Source: a bacterium (GTDB lineage Bacteria > UBA10199 > 2-02-FULL-44-16 > JAAZCA01). From it: DNA of 64,000 bases. The translations under genes were made by a program, and so were the position numbers. Below the pieces are notes generated by a model. That model had not been told where the DNA came from and ran no database searches. It saw only the letters and a program-made list of their open reading frames with translations. The DNA is taken from NCBI GenBank assembly GCA_963674695.2, contig CAXXGI010000001.1, forward strand, positions 970,813 through 1,034,812. Direction: 5' to 3'. Each line of letters begins with the position of its first letter. The first letter of the stretch is position 1. This document shows, piece by piece, positions 18,936 through 28,958 of this stretch.

Positions 18936-20423
18936 ATGACAAAGATTTCCGACACTCCTGTTCCCCATCGATCGATCGTTCGACCTGACGATGAAAGCCG
19001 AACGACAGATGGGCGCGAACCCTTGATCGAGGCGTTCCTGCGCGAAGTCACCTATGCGCTCAATGCGTCGCCCGGCGAGGAGCCGGCCGATCTGGAATGG
19101 ATCCGTACCACCCTCATGGAGGCAGCTGATCCCGCCGGAGCATTGCTGCCAATTCTCGTCAAGCTGGCCCATAAGTATATAGTGCCGACGCCGATGATCG
19201 AGGATTTGGAACGTCGGTGGATGACGAAATTCGCCGCAACGACGAAGAACACCGCCCCGACGGAGGAGACGCCGAAGAAGGAGCGCAATCGGCAGACCTT
19301 CTTCGAACTCAAGCTCACGAACACATCTTCACCGCGCATCATGATCGGCGCCGCCGCACAGGCCGATGCAGAGGATACGCCCCTGTCGGCCTATCGTCGC
19401 ACGGAAATCGACACCCTCCTCGCCCTCTTGCGCGGAAGCTCGGCTTCGCAGCGCATGGCGATCGTGGCGAGTCCTTCGGGCTCCTCCCTGCGCAAGCGCT
19501 TCATCGACAGCATCCGCCTGGCCCATGTCGATCGCCTTTCCGTTTCGACCAGCGTCATCGCGCACGCCGACCCCTCTCCGGAAGCACTCGATCGCATGGA
19601 AGAACTCTTCGCTGACCCGAATCACCTGGGAGCGCTCGTTCTGCTCAAGGAGGATGAACGCGCCGTCGATCCGGCACTCGTCTCTTTTTTACGGCAGATC
19701 TTCTTCCAGAACGCCTTGCGCCATTTGATCGTCGTCGTCGAGGGCGGCAGCCAATCCCATGCCGAGCTGACGACACCGCTGGTCCCCTTCTTTCGCTCTA
19801 TCGCCGCGCCCGATCGCGATGCCGTCCACGGCATCGGCCTCAATCCGAAACAGATGAATCGGTTGCAGGTCAGTCAGTATTTCTATGGCACCACGAGGCT
19901 CAGTTCCGATGAAGGCCATAGCCGCGATCAGATCGTCGACCTGATCGTCAAACAGGTGCCGCCGCTTCCATCGGTCCTGGAGGAACTCTCCGCATCGATC
20001 CCCTCCGAACGATTTCATGAGGCACTGCGCCGTCAGTCCCGGATGGACGACCTGTGCATCCAGATCCGTGACTGGACGCAGACCATGTTGAGCAGACAAC
20101 AACGAGGAAACAACGAAAACGCGCCGATGCCCTATATCATCTCTTCATCCCAGGGCGGCGATGAGTGGTACGCCGATCGTCTCGAACAGCTCGGACGAAC
20201 GCATCAGCTCCAGTTTCAACACGAGATCCACCCCTTCGATCCGATCGTCGTGACGCTTGGCGATGAGATGCCGCCGGAGATGATCGAAGGCACATCGGAT
20301 GCTTCCGAAACCCCCCTCGATGACCCATCGGATCTGAACGCCACCGCCTCGACCGAGGCGCTCCTGATGGGCGGCCTGTTCACCTATGCCCCCATCGCCC
20401 TAAACCCCGCGGGCGCGTTTTAG
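18936..20423 (+). CDS. Hypothetical protein, paralog of the downstream gene
   Basis: Long ORF; shares MTKI start and PFFR.I...V..I.LNPK..NR.Q blocks with the 20616 ORF. Confidence 0.7.
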   Translation: MTKISDTPVPHRSIVRPDDESRTTDGREPLIEAFLREVTYALNASPGEEPADLEWIRTTLMEAADPAGALLPILVKLAHKYIVPTPMIEDLERRWMTKFAATTKNTAPTEETPKKERNRQTFFELKLTNTSSPRIMIGAAAQADAEDTPLSAYRRTEIDTLLALLRGSSASQRMAIVASPSGSSLRKRFIDSIRLAHVDRLSVSTSVIAHADPSPEALDRMEELFADPNHLGALVLLKEDERAVDPALVSFLRQIFFQNALRHLIVVVEGGSQSHAELTTPLVPFFRSIAAPDRDAVHGIGLNPKQMNRLQVSQYFYGTTRLSSDEGHSRDQIVDLIVKQVPPLPSVLEELSASIPSERFHEALRRQSRMDDLCIQIRDWTQTMLSRQQRGNNENAPMPYIISSSQGGDEWYADRLEQLGRTHQLQFQHEIHPFDPIVVTLGDEMPPEMIEGTSDASETPLDDPSDLNATASTEALLMGGLFTYAPIALNPAGAF

Positions 20424-20533
20424 GGCGTTTCCCCACTTGCATTTTCGAGCCACTGACGGCAAATCAGCCCCTGATACGGGTTGGGGGACCCTGAAAAGCA
20501 AAGGAATTTGCTTACTGTTTCGGTATTTTTCAC

Positions 20534-20559
20534 GCAACCTTTTCGGGCAGCGGACGATA
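20534..20559 (+). promoter_or_regulatory. GCAAC-N16-CGATA putative promoter
   Basis: Recurrent motif with exact 16-nt spacer. Confidence 0.55.
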
Positions 20560-20615
20560 CCAACTAGGAGTGGCCGTCACCGCCGGTGCGGTGGCGCCTT
20601 GCACCTGGGAACCCC

Positions 20616-22601
20616 ATGACGAAGATCGACACACACGAACAAACCCTCATCCGCAAATTTCAAGCGGAGGTTCGCTCGACCGTCCTGGATGCGACGGGTG
20701 AACAGATCGATACGGACCAGCTCTGTCAAGACGTCTGGGACCGTTACGAGAAAAGCCCGCGCTCCGAACTCTACCACGACGTCTTTCGCACGCTGCGCGA
20801 GGGCAATCACGTCCCAGGGAACGTCTGGGGAGGACTCCTCGGCAAGTGGGCACAGATCCTCAACGCGGACGCCATGGCGAGCACTCGCGCCAAACATGCA
20901 CAGGAGATGAGGACAACCGGCACCGCGTCAACGCTCAGCACCTCTCCGGCGACGCCATCGCCGGAGACGCCGCTCTCGGCCTTTCGTCACGCCATTCAGA
21001 AAATCGTTCTGGAATTGACGCACGAAACCCTCGACACCAACGAGGCCTGTTCAGCGATCTGGGGGGAATGGATCGCCGCGCCGTGGGAGATCACCCATCT
21101 CTACAAACTGCGTGCCGACCTCATGACCAGCCGGGTTCCCATCCAGGCCGTCGATGCCCTCATCACCGAATGGCGTCCCCGACTCGAGGCCTTCGCCCGT
21201 GAGGCACAGGGGCGAAGACAGGGCGGCAGCTCAGCGCGCGGGCCGCTGCATCCCGTGGCACCCCGCAAACCCGCCCCTCCTCCTGTCGCTTCACCATCGC
21301 GCGACACACAGGTCGGGCCGCCGCCATCGCGACCGATCGCACCGATCATCTCCGCAGCAAACGGCAATGCGGTCGATCGGTTCAAATCATACATCGAATT
21401 CGTCAACAAGGACCGAGATGGAAGGATGCGCATCGCGATGCGGCAGACGGCCATGGCCGACGCCCCGAACATCGGCTTCGAGAACTACCGCAACGGGAGC
21501 ATCACCGCGCTGGCAAAGATCCATCGACAGCAGCAACATGCACAGAGCGTCTCCGCAATCGTCCACCACCCCGGAGCCGATTTTGACGAATCATTTCTGA
21601 AACCGCTCCTCTCTGTCTTCACGAAGAGAAACATCCCGGCATTTGTCATCCTCCACGAGGAGATGGTGCCGATGGAACACCTGGAACGCGTCTATGGAGA
21701 CACGCAGACACCGTGCGCGCTCTTCGTCCGCATCGACAGCAACGCGGCACCGGATACGGACCTCGTCACCTTTCTGAAAAAGCGCTTCTTTCGCGCGCGA
21801 TCGCGGCACCTGATCGTCGTCTCCGAAAGTGCCGGCTATGCCCCTGAAATCGTCGGCGCCAAACGCTTGGCCCCATTTTTTCGCCAGATCCTCTCTGGGG
21901 TTCGACCGCCGGTCAATGCGATCTGCCTCAATCCGAAGGAGCTCAACCGTCGCCAGATCGGCCAACTCCTCTTTGGCCTCGGCATCTGGAATCAGCCCAC
22001 CCAGATGGGAAAAATTCAGCAAATCATCGATGCCATCGATGCACAACTCCCCCTCTTCCCGAGGGATGCCCGTCAACTCAAGGAACGCATGATCGGGGTC
22101 AAGAGCACCGTCGAGCTGGATGAGGCCATCGGCGCGTTCGGCCGCGAACGCGAAGAGCGCTTCACACAGATGCATGCGAAACAGATGGACACGAAAAAGA
22201 TCAAGGCGTTAGGGACCATCCTCTTCCATCATCAGTCGCCCTGGCTTCGCGAACGCATCAAGAGGACGGGGATCCAAACCGGAAAGAGACTGGACGAATT
22301 CGAGCGCTTCTCCATCACGATCGACAACCCCGCTTCCAGCCCCAATAACACCGATAACGGCAGTGCATCCCCACGGAGCAACGGGGGCAACGTCACTTCA
22401 AACGGAACGGCAGGACAGTCCGCGCGCGCCGTCACCCCCCTCGTCGTCGAAACAGCGCCGACGACAGCGAACATCGATATCGCTCCCAGCGACCCGATGG
22501 CGCTCGGCGGCAGCGTCTTCGTCGACGACTCGTTCGAGGCCGGAACACTCGAGTGCCCCCCACCCGCACTCGCCGGTGGCATCAATTTCATCCGACTCTG
22601 A
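20616..22601 (+). CDS. Hypothetical protein, paralog of the upstream gene
   Basis: Long ORF with Pro/Ser-rich linkers and the shared C-terminal domain. Confidence 0.7.
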   Translation: MTKIDTHEQTLIRKFQAEVRSTVLDATGEQIDTDQLCQDVWDRYEKSPRSELYHDVFRTLREGNHVPGNVWGGLLGKWAQILNADAMASTRAKHAQEMRTTGTASTLSTSPATPSPETPLSAFRHAIQKIVLELTHETLDTNEACSAIWGEWIAAPWEITHLYKLRADLMTSRVPIQAVDALITEWRPRLEAFAREAQGRRQGGSSARGPLHPVAPRKPAPPPVASPSRDTQVGPPPSRPIAPIISAANGNAVDRFKSYIEFVNKDRDGRMRIAMRQTAMADAPNIGFENYRNGSITALAKIHRQQQHAQSVSAIVHHPGADFDESFLKPLLSVFTKRNIPAFVILHEEMVPMEHLERVYGDTQTPCALFVRIDSNAAPDTDLVTFLKKRFFRARSRHLIVVSESAGYAPEIVGAKRLAPFFRQILSGVRPPVNAICLNPKELNRRQIGQLLFGLGIWNQPTQMGKIQQIIDAIDAQLPLFPRDARQLKERMIGVKSTVELDEAIGAFGREREERFTQMHAKQMDTKKIKALGTILFHHQSPWLRERIKRTGIQTGKRLDEFERFSITIDNPASSPNNTDNGSASPRSNGGNVTSNGTAGQSARAVTPLVVETAPTTANIDIAPSDPMALGGSVFVDDSFEAGTLECPPPALAGGINFIRL

Positions 22602-22635
22602 TCCAACGCAGACTCACCTCTTTATTCCTGATCAA

Positions 22636-22771
22636 CGCTTGCGAGGATCCGTTCAGGGGATCTCTTCTTTCATCGCAATCGAAGCCTTTGATGCTGCGAT
22701 GAAAGAAGAAAAAGCCGTCGAGGCGGCGTGTGAGCCGAGACGGCGGTCCCCTGAACGGATCCTCGCAAGCG
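22636..22771. repeat. Branched inverted-repeat element between convergent genes
   Basis: 25-bp perfect outer IR enclosing 15-bp and 6-bp hairpins. Confidence 0.85.
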
Positions 22772-22801
22772 GTGATGCCTGCAAAATACCACAGCAAGGA
22801 T

Positions 22802-23539
22802 TCACGGGCGGAAGTGCTGCGCGCCTTTATCGATGGAGATGATGGCACTGGTCGTGTATTCCGGGATGAAGTGGCAGGTCTCGGTAAGCGCCACACCGAT
22901 GCGCGCGGCATCGAGGAGGGAGACGATCTGCTTCTGGGCGAGCAGATCCGGAAAAGCGGGATATCCGGGGCTGAAGCGCGCGCCCACATCCGATGCGACG
23001 CCGAGTTCTTCGCGAATGCGTTCATGCGACCAGAGCGCGCAGGCCTCGGCAGCGACCGCGGCCAGGCCTTTCAGATAGAAGGCGTCGCTGTAGTTGTTTT
23101 TCTTGAAGCAATCGGCCGCGATCTCGGCGACGCGCGATCCGACCGTCGCGATCTGGAAGGTGACAAAGCCGTCGGGAAAGAGATCGGACAGACACCGATT
23201 GGGGCTTTTGCGCTCACGCGGAAAATCGAAGCGATATTCGCGGCGCGCGTCCTTCACGAGCAGACCGTTGCCAATGCGCTCGCAGGCGAAGTGTCCATAG
23301 ACCACCGCGGGCTGCATGACCTGGCGCGCATGGCAGATGCCGAGGATGCGCTCGAAGATGGGCAGGACCTTCTCCGCTTTAAACGCCTGCCACGCATCCG
23401 GCGTCTGGTTCTTCCGAAACTGCCACTGCTGGCAGAAGAGCATCTCGCGATCGATGAGCGGCTCGATCTCGGCGAAGGGGATCTCGCCTTCAACTTTCGT
23501 CCCCAGAAACGACGGTGTTTTCTGTTTATCTTCAATCAT
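22802..23539 (-). CDS. metH: B12-dependent methionine synthase activation domain (stand-alone)
   Basis: FDFPRE, AEACALWSHERIR, GARFSPGYPAFPDL, IGVALTE, PEYTTSAI. Confidence 0.9.
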   Translation of the reverse strand: MIEDKQKTPSFLGTKVEGEIPFAEIEPLIDREMLFCQQWQFRKNQTPDAWQAFKAEKVLPIFERILGICHARQVMQPAVVYGHFACERIGNGLLVKDARREYRFDFPRERKSPNRCLSDLFPDGFVTFQIATVGSRVAEIAADCFKKNNYSDAFYLKGLAAVAAEACALWSHERIREELGVASDVGARFSPGYPAFPDLLAQKQIVSLLDAARIGVALTETCHFIPEYTTSAIISIDKGAQHFRP

Positions 23540-23554
23540 GATACATCCGAGTGA

Positions 23555-26044
23555 TCAACGACAGATCTCCTCCATCGCGGTGAGCCCGGAAAACGCATCG
23601 GCGCAGTAGTACACCGGCGCGCCGTAGGCGGGGGCAAGCGTCTGTTCCACAAATTTCGGTGTGAGCGCCGCGCCTCCGACGAGCACCGGAATGGTAAGCC
23701 CCGCTGCACGAAACGCTTCCAAATCCTCGCGCATCGCCTCGGTGGAGGAGACGAGCAGACCCGAGAGCCCGATGGCCGTCGCCTTTTCCTGACGGACCGC
23801 TTCGATGACGTTTGAAGCCGGTTGGCGGATGCCGATGTTGACGACGCGAAAACCGTTGTTGGCCAAAATCGCGTCGACGAGATTCTTTCCGATGTCGTGT
23901 ACATCGCCGCGCACCGTGGCCAGCACCAGCGTCCCCTTCTGCTGCATCCCCTCGCCCTTCAGGTGCGGGGCGACCAGATCGATCGCGGCGCGCATGGTCT
24001 CGGCGGAGGCGAGAACAAATGGCAACGGCACGCCCCCCTGGCCAAAGCCGGCACCGACCTCCTGCATGGCGGGGAGGAGGATCTCGTTGATGACGCGATC
24101 GGCTTCCACCTCGGCAAGGACCGCGTCGACGCATTCGGACAATCCTTCGCGCCGACCGTCGATGACGGCCTGTCGAAGCGCATCCCTCGGCGTCATCGCT
24201 TCTTTGGATATGGTGGCCGTGCGCCGCCCCAGGTCGCCGCTCGTATCGAGGAGCTTGAGCAGTTCGGTGAGCGGGTCATTCGCGTCACGATCGTTATCGA
24301 TGAGTCGCTCACAGAGGATGCGAGCATCATCGGGGATCTGCGCATACGGGAGAATCTTTGACGGATTGATGATCGCGGCATCCGCGCCCGCCTCGATCGC
24401 GCGGTGGAGAAAGACGCTGGTGAGCAGGCGCCTCCCGCGCGGCGGCAGGCCGAAGGAGACGTTGCTCACGCCGAGCAGCACGCGCACGCCGGGGTTTTCG
24501 CGCTTGATGCGCGCGATCGCCGCTAGGGTTTCACGACCGGCATCGAAGAGCTCCGGATCGCCGGAGGCGAGCGTAAAGATGAGGGCATCGATGAGGAGGC
24601 TCTCGGGAGTGAGCCCAGCATCTTCCGCTATCGCGACCAAACGATGCGCGATCGCACATTTCTCCTCGACCGATTTTGCCATGCCGTTCTCATCGATCGT
24701 GAGCGCCACGACCGCCGCGCCGAAACGCCGCGCCAGTGCCAAGACCTTGCGTGCCTTCACGCCGCCATCCTCCAGGTTGATCGAGTTGATGATGGCCCGC
24801 CCCGGACAGCGCGCCAATGCCGCAGCGATTGCATCTGGATTCGTGGAATCGATCACGAGCGGCGCATCCGCGCGCTGCACGACGCGGGATGTCAGCTCGG
24901 TGATATCGCGCACTTCGTCACGACCGGGTCGGGCGACACAGATATCGAGCGCGTGTGAAGCCGAGGCCACCTCGCGGGCGACGTCGGCCATGGCGTCATA
25001 CGCATCCGCTTCCAACAGCTCGCGATAGCGCTTCGACCCGCTGACGTTGGTCTGTTCGCCGACGAGAAAGGGGCGGGGTTCCTGATCGAGCGTCACCATC
25101 CGGTAGAGGGAGGAGACCGCGGAGAGCTTCTGCGGCATCCGACGCGAGACCTCTTTGCCGTGCAGGTGCTGGGCGAGCGCCCGAATGTGATCCGGCGTCG
25201 TCCCACAGCAACCGCCCACCAGGGCGATGCCGTTTTTTTGCGCCAATGCTGCCGTCTTCTCGGCAAAGGCCTCGGGATCGAGCGGATAGTGCGGCTTGCC
25301 GTCGACGTTGGCCGGCATGCCCGCGTTGGGCTGACAGATGATCGCAAAGGGGGAATGGTGCGCAAGTGCAGAAACATGCTCGACCATGCGCTCCGGTCCG
25401 GTCGCACAGTTGAGGCCAAAGGCCGCGGGACCATAGGGCGCGATCGCAGCCAGCGCCGCCAAAATCTCGGTGCCCAAGAGCATCGTGCCGGAGGTCTCGA
25501 CCGTGACCGAAACGAAGAAGGGGAGCGCAGTGCCGCTCGCGGCAAAAGCCTCATGCGCGGCGGCGCACGCCGCCTTGATCTGCAGCGGGTCCTGGCAGGT
25601 CTCGATGAGCAGGCCGTCGACGCCCCCTTCGATGAGCGCGGCGATCTGTTCGACATAGGCGCTGCAGAGTTCGTCGAAGGAGACGTGCCCCAGCGTGGGG
25701 AGCTTGGAGCCGGGACCGATATCGCCCACGACGAAGCGATCGCCCCCCACGGATGCGACCGCCCGGCGCGCGACCGCAGCCGCCTCGCGATTGATCTCGG
25801 CCGCGTCCTTGTCCAATCCATGATCGGCGAGCGTCATTCGGTTGGCGCCGAAGCTCCCGGTGAGAATGCAATCGGCACCGGCCTTGAGATAGAGGCGATG
25901 CACTTCACCCACGATATCCGGATGCGTGCGCACGAGGTTCTCGTTGCACCCGGCCGGCGCGCCGAGGCGTTCGAGCATCGTGCCCATAGCGCCGTCGAAG
26001 ATGAGGACGCGTTTGCCCAACATGTCGGTCAGTGATTGATGCAT
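23555..26044 (-). CDS. metH: B12-dependent methionine synthase (Hcy, pterin and cobalamin-binding domains)
   Basis: DGAMGT, GLNCATGP, PNAG, GGCCGTTP, GVSNVSFG, ATVRGDVHDIGKNLV, GLSGLL. Confidence 0.95.
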   Translation of the reverse strand: MHQSLTDMLGKRVLIFDGAMGTMLERLGAPAGCNENLVRTHPDIVGEVHRLYLKAGADCILTGSFGANRMTLADHGLDKDAAEINREAAAVARRAVASVGGDRFVVGDIGPGSKLPTLGHVSFDELCSAYVEQIAALIEGGVDGLLIETCQDPLQIKAACAAAHEAFAASGTALPFFVSVTVETSGTMLLGTEILAALAAIAPYGPAAFGLNCATGPERMVEHVSALAHHSPFAIICQPNAGMPANVDGKPHYPLDPEAFAEKTAALAQKNGIALVGGCCGTTPDHIRALAQHLHGKEVSRRMPQKLSAVSSLYRMVTLDQEPRPFLVGEQTNVSGSKRYRELLEADAYDAMADVAREVASASHALDICVARPGRDEVRDITELTSRVVQRADAPLVIDSTNPDAIAAALARCPGRAIINSINLEDGGVKARKVLALARRFGAAVVALTIDENGMAKSVEEKCAIAHRLVAIAEDAGLTPESLLIDALIFTLASGDPELFDAGRETLAAIARIKRENPGVRVLLGVSNVSFGLPPRGRRLLTSVFLHRAIEAGADAAIINPSKILPYAQIPDDARILCERLIDNDRDANDPLTELLKLLDTSGDLGRRTATISKEAMTPRDALRQAVIDGRREGLSECVDAVLAEVEADRVINEILLPAMQEVGAGFGQGGVPLPFVLASAETMRAAIDLVAPHLKGEGMQQKGTLVLATVRGDVHDIGKNLVDAILANNGFRVVNIGIRQPASNVIEAVRQEKATAIGLSGLLVSSTEAMREDLEAFRAAGLTIPVLVGGAALTPKFVEQTLAPAYGAPVYYCADAFSGLTAMEEICR

Positions 26045-26170
26045 CGTGCCTCACAACCGCCGCCTCCCGGGGAATTTTCATGTATCTTCACAGATGAAGC
26101 TTGTTCCAGACACATGAATATTCCCCTCGCGGCAGCTCTTTGGGATGTCGTTCCTGCGGGTGGAAACGCG

Positions 26171-26896
26171 TCAGCCATCCAGTTCGTAGTCGACCGTCGA
26201 GACGACGCGGACCTTCTTCTGGATCTGTTCGGCCTCATTGCCGCCGGCGATACCGTCGCGCGCCATAATCCGAAAGACGCCCTGATTGGCGCGGCGAATC
26301 GAACCGACGCGGCTGCCGGAATCCTTTGCGAACTGCTCGGCGGCAGCGCGTGCGTTGGCGGTAGCTAAAGCCAGCATCGCCGGCTTGATGGCGTTGAGCT
26401 GTGTGAAGACATACTGCGGTCCGGAATACCCCTCGAGGATGACGCCTTTGCGCACGAGCTCACCCGTGCGCTGGGAGAGCTGCGCGATCAGATCCACCTG
26501 ATCGGAACGCACGCCGACGGAGCCCGCGATGATGAAACGGTGACCGATATTCTCGGGCCGATACTGTTGGGCGTACATGTCGGTCACGTCCAGCCGCCCG
26601 ATCGTGATCGCCGCTGCATCGATCCCCTGCGCCTTGAGAAACGCGACGATCGTGTCTCGATCGCGCTCGATGCTCGCCTGCACCTCGACGAGCCCATCGC
26701 CCGCCGCCTTGAAGCGGATCGTCCAGACCGCCAGATCGGCCTGCACATCCTTCTCCGCCAGCCCCTTGACGGTGACGGAGCGATCGGCCATGCGAAAGTT
26801 CATCATGCCGCGACCGATGAAGATGCCCCCCGCCAACGACCCAAGCGCGAGGATCAGCGCGGCGATGAGGACGATACCGTGAAGTCTCTGCTGCAT
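26171..26896 (-). CDS. SIMPL (DUF541) domain protein
   Basis: RSVTVKGLAEKDVQAD, ANARAAAEQFA.DSG..VG.IRRANQG, KKVRVVSTVDY. Confidence 0.9.
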   Translation of the reverse strand: MQQRLHGIVLIAALILALGSLAGGIFIGRGMMNFRMADRSVTVKGLAEKDVQADLAVWTIRFKAAGDGLVEVQASIERDRDTIVAFLKAQGIDAAAITIGRLDVTDMYAQQYRPENIGHRFIIAGSVGVRSDQVDLIAQLSQRTGELVRKGVILEGYSGPQYVFTQLNAIKPAMLALATANARAAAEQFAKDSGSRVGSIRRANQGVFRIMARDGIAGGNEAEQIQKKVRVVSTVDYELDG

Positions 26897-26968
26897 AACC
26901 CCTCCTGCGTTGCGTTTCGAGACTCTCCATAACCGCTCTGTGCGCGTGTGTAAACAGGGCAGGAATAG

Positions 26969-26998
26969 CAAAAAGGCCGCCCGCGTCACGGACGGCCC
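26969..26998 (-). terminator. Probable intrinsic terminator
   Basis: GGCCG(T/C)CC hairpin followed by a T-run on the minus strand. Confidence 0.45.
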
Positions 26999-27023
26999 TG
27001 CATGTGCTGGCAAACCTGAGCGT

Positions 27024-27093
27024 TGTCATCCCCGCGAAAGCGGGGATCCCGATTGACCATTACAAGCGGATTCCCGCCTCCGCGGGAATGACA
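27024..27093. repeat. GTCAT-type REP-like palindrome pair
   Basis: TGTCATCCCCGCGAAAGCGGGGATCC...GGATTCCCGCCTCCGCGGGAATGACA. Confidence 0.85.
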
Positions 27094-27156
27094 ACCTTTA
27101 GGTGTACGGGAATAGCCTCATGGACGGCCCTGCATTCGTATCATTATAAATGAGCG

Positions 27157-27978
27157 CTAGAAACGACGGCGAATGACGCCAAGCCCCCAGGCCAGCACGA
27201 GGATCAGCAGCGGCGCGTTCGGCGCGCTGCCCGGAACGGCCATGCATCCGCCGTTGCCCTGCACCTGGTCCGGACCGGGATCGAAGGCGATGCCCTGATT
27301 CGGGTTCGGCGTCGGCGTCTCGTTGGGAATGAAACCGCCGCCGCGATTCGTCGGGCAGTCGCTGGAGCGCTGCTCGGGATTATCGAGGAGTCGGCAGTTG
27401 TCACAGGCATCGCCGAATTCGTCGGTGTCGCTGTTCTGTTGCGTGGGGTTGTAGCGCACCGGGCAGTTGTCGATGTAATCCTCGATCGTGTCGCTATCGG
27501 TGTCGATGCAGGCGCGCAGGTCCTGATCGGCGTTGGCACTGGTGCGGCAGTTGTCGCGATAGTCTTCGATGCCGTCCCCGTCGAAATCGTCGCAGGCATC
27601 GCCCACGCCGTTGCCGTCCCAATCGGTCTGATGCCCGCCGAGCTCCTCGATCTCGGTCATCGGTTGACCCGTTCCGGGCTCGATCACGCCGTCGATGTTG
27701 CAGTAGTCGGGGCTCAAATCGCAGTCGCCGTTGGGATGAATCGGGCAGTTGTCGATGGCATAACCGTCCGGTTCGCCATCGCCGTTGCAGTCCTGGCTGT
27801 CGCTGAAATCCGGAACGCCGTCGCAGTCGGCATCGTTGAGCTCGATCCCGTCCATGGTGACCCCGCAGCCCAAACCATAGGGGGCCACCGCCGGGCAGTC
27901 GTTCGGATCGAGGGCCACGGCCACCTGGGCCACCGCCACGATTGCGAGCATCGTCATGATCGTCAGAAGAGGTCTCAT
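27157..27978 (-). CDS. Thrombospondin type-3 repeat surface protein with MYXO-CTERM-like anchor
   Basis: Signal peptide; DNCP..NP.Q.D.D.D..GDACD repeats; GNGGC + TM + RRR tail. Confidence 0.85.
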   Translation of the reverse strand: MRPLLTIMTMLAIVAVAQVAVALDPNDCPAVAPYGLGCGVTMDGIELNDADCDGVPDFSDSQDCNGDGEPDGYAIDNCPIHPNGDCDLSPDYCNIDGVIEPGTGQPMTEIEELGGHQTDWDGNGVGDACDDFDGDGIEDYRDNCRTSANADQDLRACIDTDSDTIEDYIDNCPVRYNPTQQNSDTDEFGDACDNCRLLDNPEQRSSDCPTNRGGGFIPNETPTPNPNQGIAFDPGPDQVQGNGGCMAVPGSAPNAPLLILVLAWGLGVIRRRF

Positions 27979-28015
27979 CCCTACTCCTCAATAAAACATT
28001 CCATGTGGGTTCATA

Positions 28016-28762
28016 TTATGTGCGTCGACGAATCACGAGTCCGGAAAACGCCGACAGAAAGAGCATCACGATCGAAAGGTCAACCGTACCCGATGCGGCC
28101 ACGCTGCAACCGCTGGAGCCATAGGCTCGCGCCTGGCGCGTGCTCGGAATCGGATCGTTCTCGCTCGCCGCGATCGGATCTTCCTGATCGCAAGCATCGC
28201 CGCGTGAATCCCGGTCGGAATTGGCCTGATCCGGGTTGTAGACGGTCGGACAGTTATCGACGCGATCGCCAAAACCATCGCCGTCGGCATCGTCGAAACA
28301 GGCATCGCCAAAACCATCCTCATCGGTGTCGAGCTGATCGACATTGGCGATCAGGCGACAGTTATCACAGGAATCGCCGACGCCGTCATCATCGTAGTCA
28401 GCCTGGCTCGGGTTGCGTCGATCGATGCAGTTGTCGATGTTGTCCCAGACGTGGTCACCATCGCTGTCCTCGCACGCATCCGGATCCTGCACGCCGTCCT
28501 CGTCCGGCGGATTGTCGACGGCCGGACAGTTGTCCTCGGCATCGACGATCCCATCCCCGTCCGAGTGATCGCACGCATCACCGATGTCGTCGCGATCCCA
28601 GTCGGACTGGGTCGGGTTGGCCACATTCGGACAGTTATCGACGATATGGCCGAAGGCGTCCCGCGTGGGCACGTCGTCTCCGTCCGGATCGTCTAGGGCC
28701 CAAGCATTGCCCGCCAGGGCAAGCACCAGGACCAGTCCAAAAATTCCGATGAGTTTCTTCAT
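28016..28762 (-). CDS. Thrombospondin type-3 repeat surface protein with MYXO-CTERM-like anchor
   Basis: Signal peptide; multiple DNCP/GDACD repeats; GSSGCSV + TM + RRR tail. Confidence 0.88.
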   Translation of the reverse strand: MKKLIGIFGLVLVLALAGNAWALDDPDGDDVPTRDAFGHIVDNCPNVANPTQSDWDRDDIGDACDHSDGDGIVDAEDNCPAVDNPPDEDGVQDPDACEDSDGDHVWDNIDNCIDRRNPSQADYDDDGVGDSCDNCRLIANVDQLDTDEDGFGDACFDDADGDGFGDRVDNCPTVYNPDQANSDRDSRGDACDQEDPIAASENDPIPSTRQARAYGSSGCSVAASGTVDLSIVMLFLSAFSGLVIRRRT

Positions 28763-28814
28763 ATCTGTCTCCCCCACCGGGCGGTTGCCCGGGGATACCC
28801 CCTTCCACTTCTAT

Positions 28815-28840
28815 TATCGGTTGCGGCGCCAAAATGTTGC
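28815..28840 (-). promoter_or_regulatory. GCAAC-N16-CGATA putative promoter
   Basis: Recurrent motif on the minus strand upstream of the TSP3 gene. Confidence 0.55.
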
Positions 28841-28906
28841 GTAAAAAGCGCCATCATCCAACGCCATGAAATCATTTGGATTGTTGGCGTTACTCCCCAG
28901 CGGATC

Positions 28907-28937
28907 AAAAAAACCCCGCCGGAAGGGCGGGGTTTTT
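28907..28937. terminator. Rho-independent terminator (bidirectional shape)
   Basis: A7-CCCCGCC-loop-GGCGGGG-T5 downstream of the 28959 gene. Confidence 0.85.
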
Positions 28938-28958
28938 GAAGTGTCATGCTGTCACCAG

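Noticed and set aside
26045-26170. SAM or cobalamin riboswitch upstream of metH
   Set aside because: Conserved riboswitch core motifs not recognisable; only a simple hairpin
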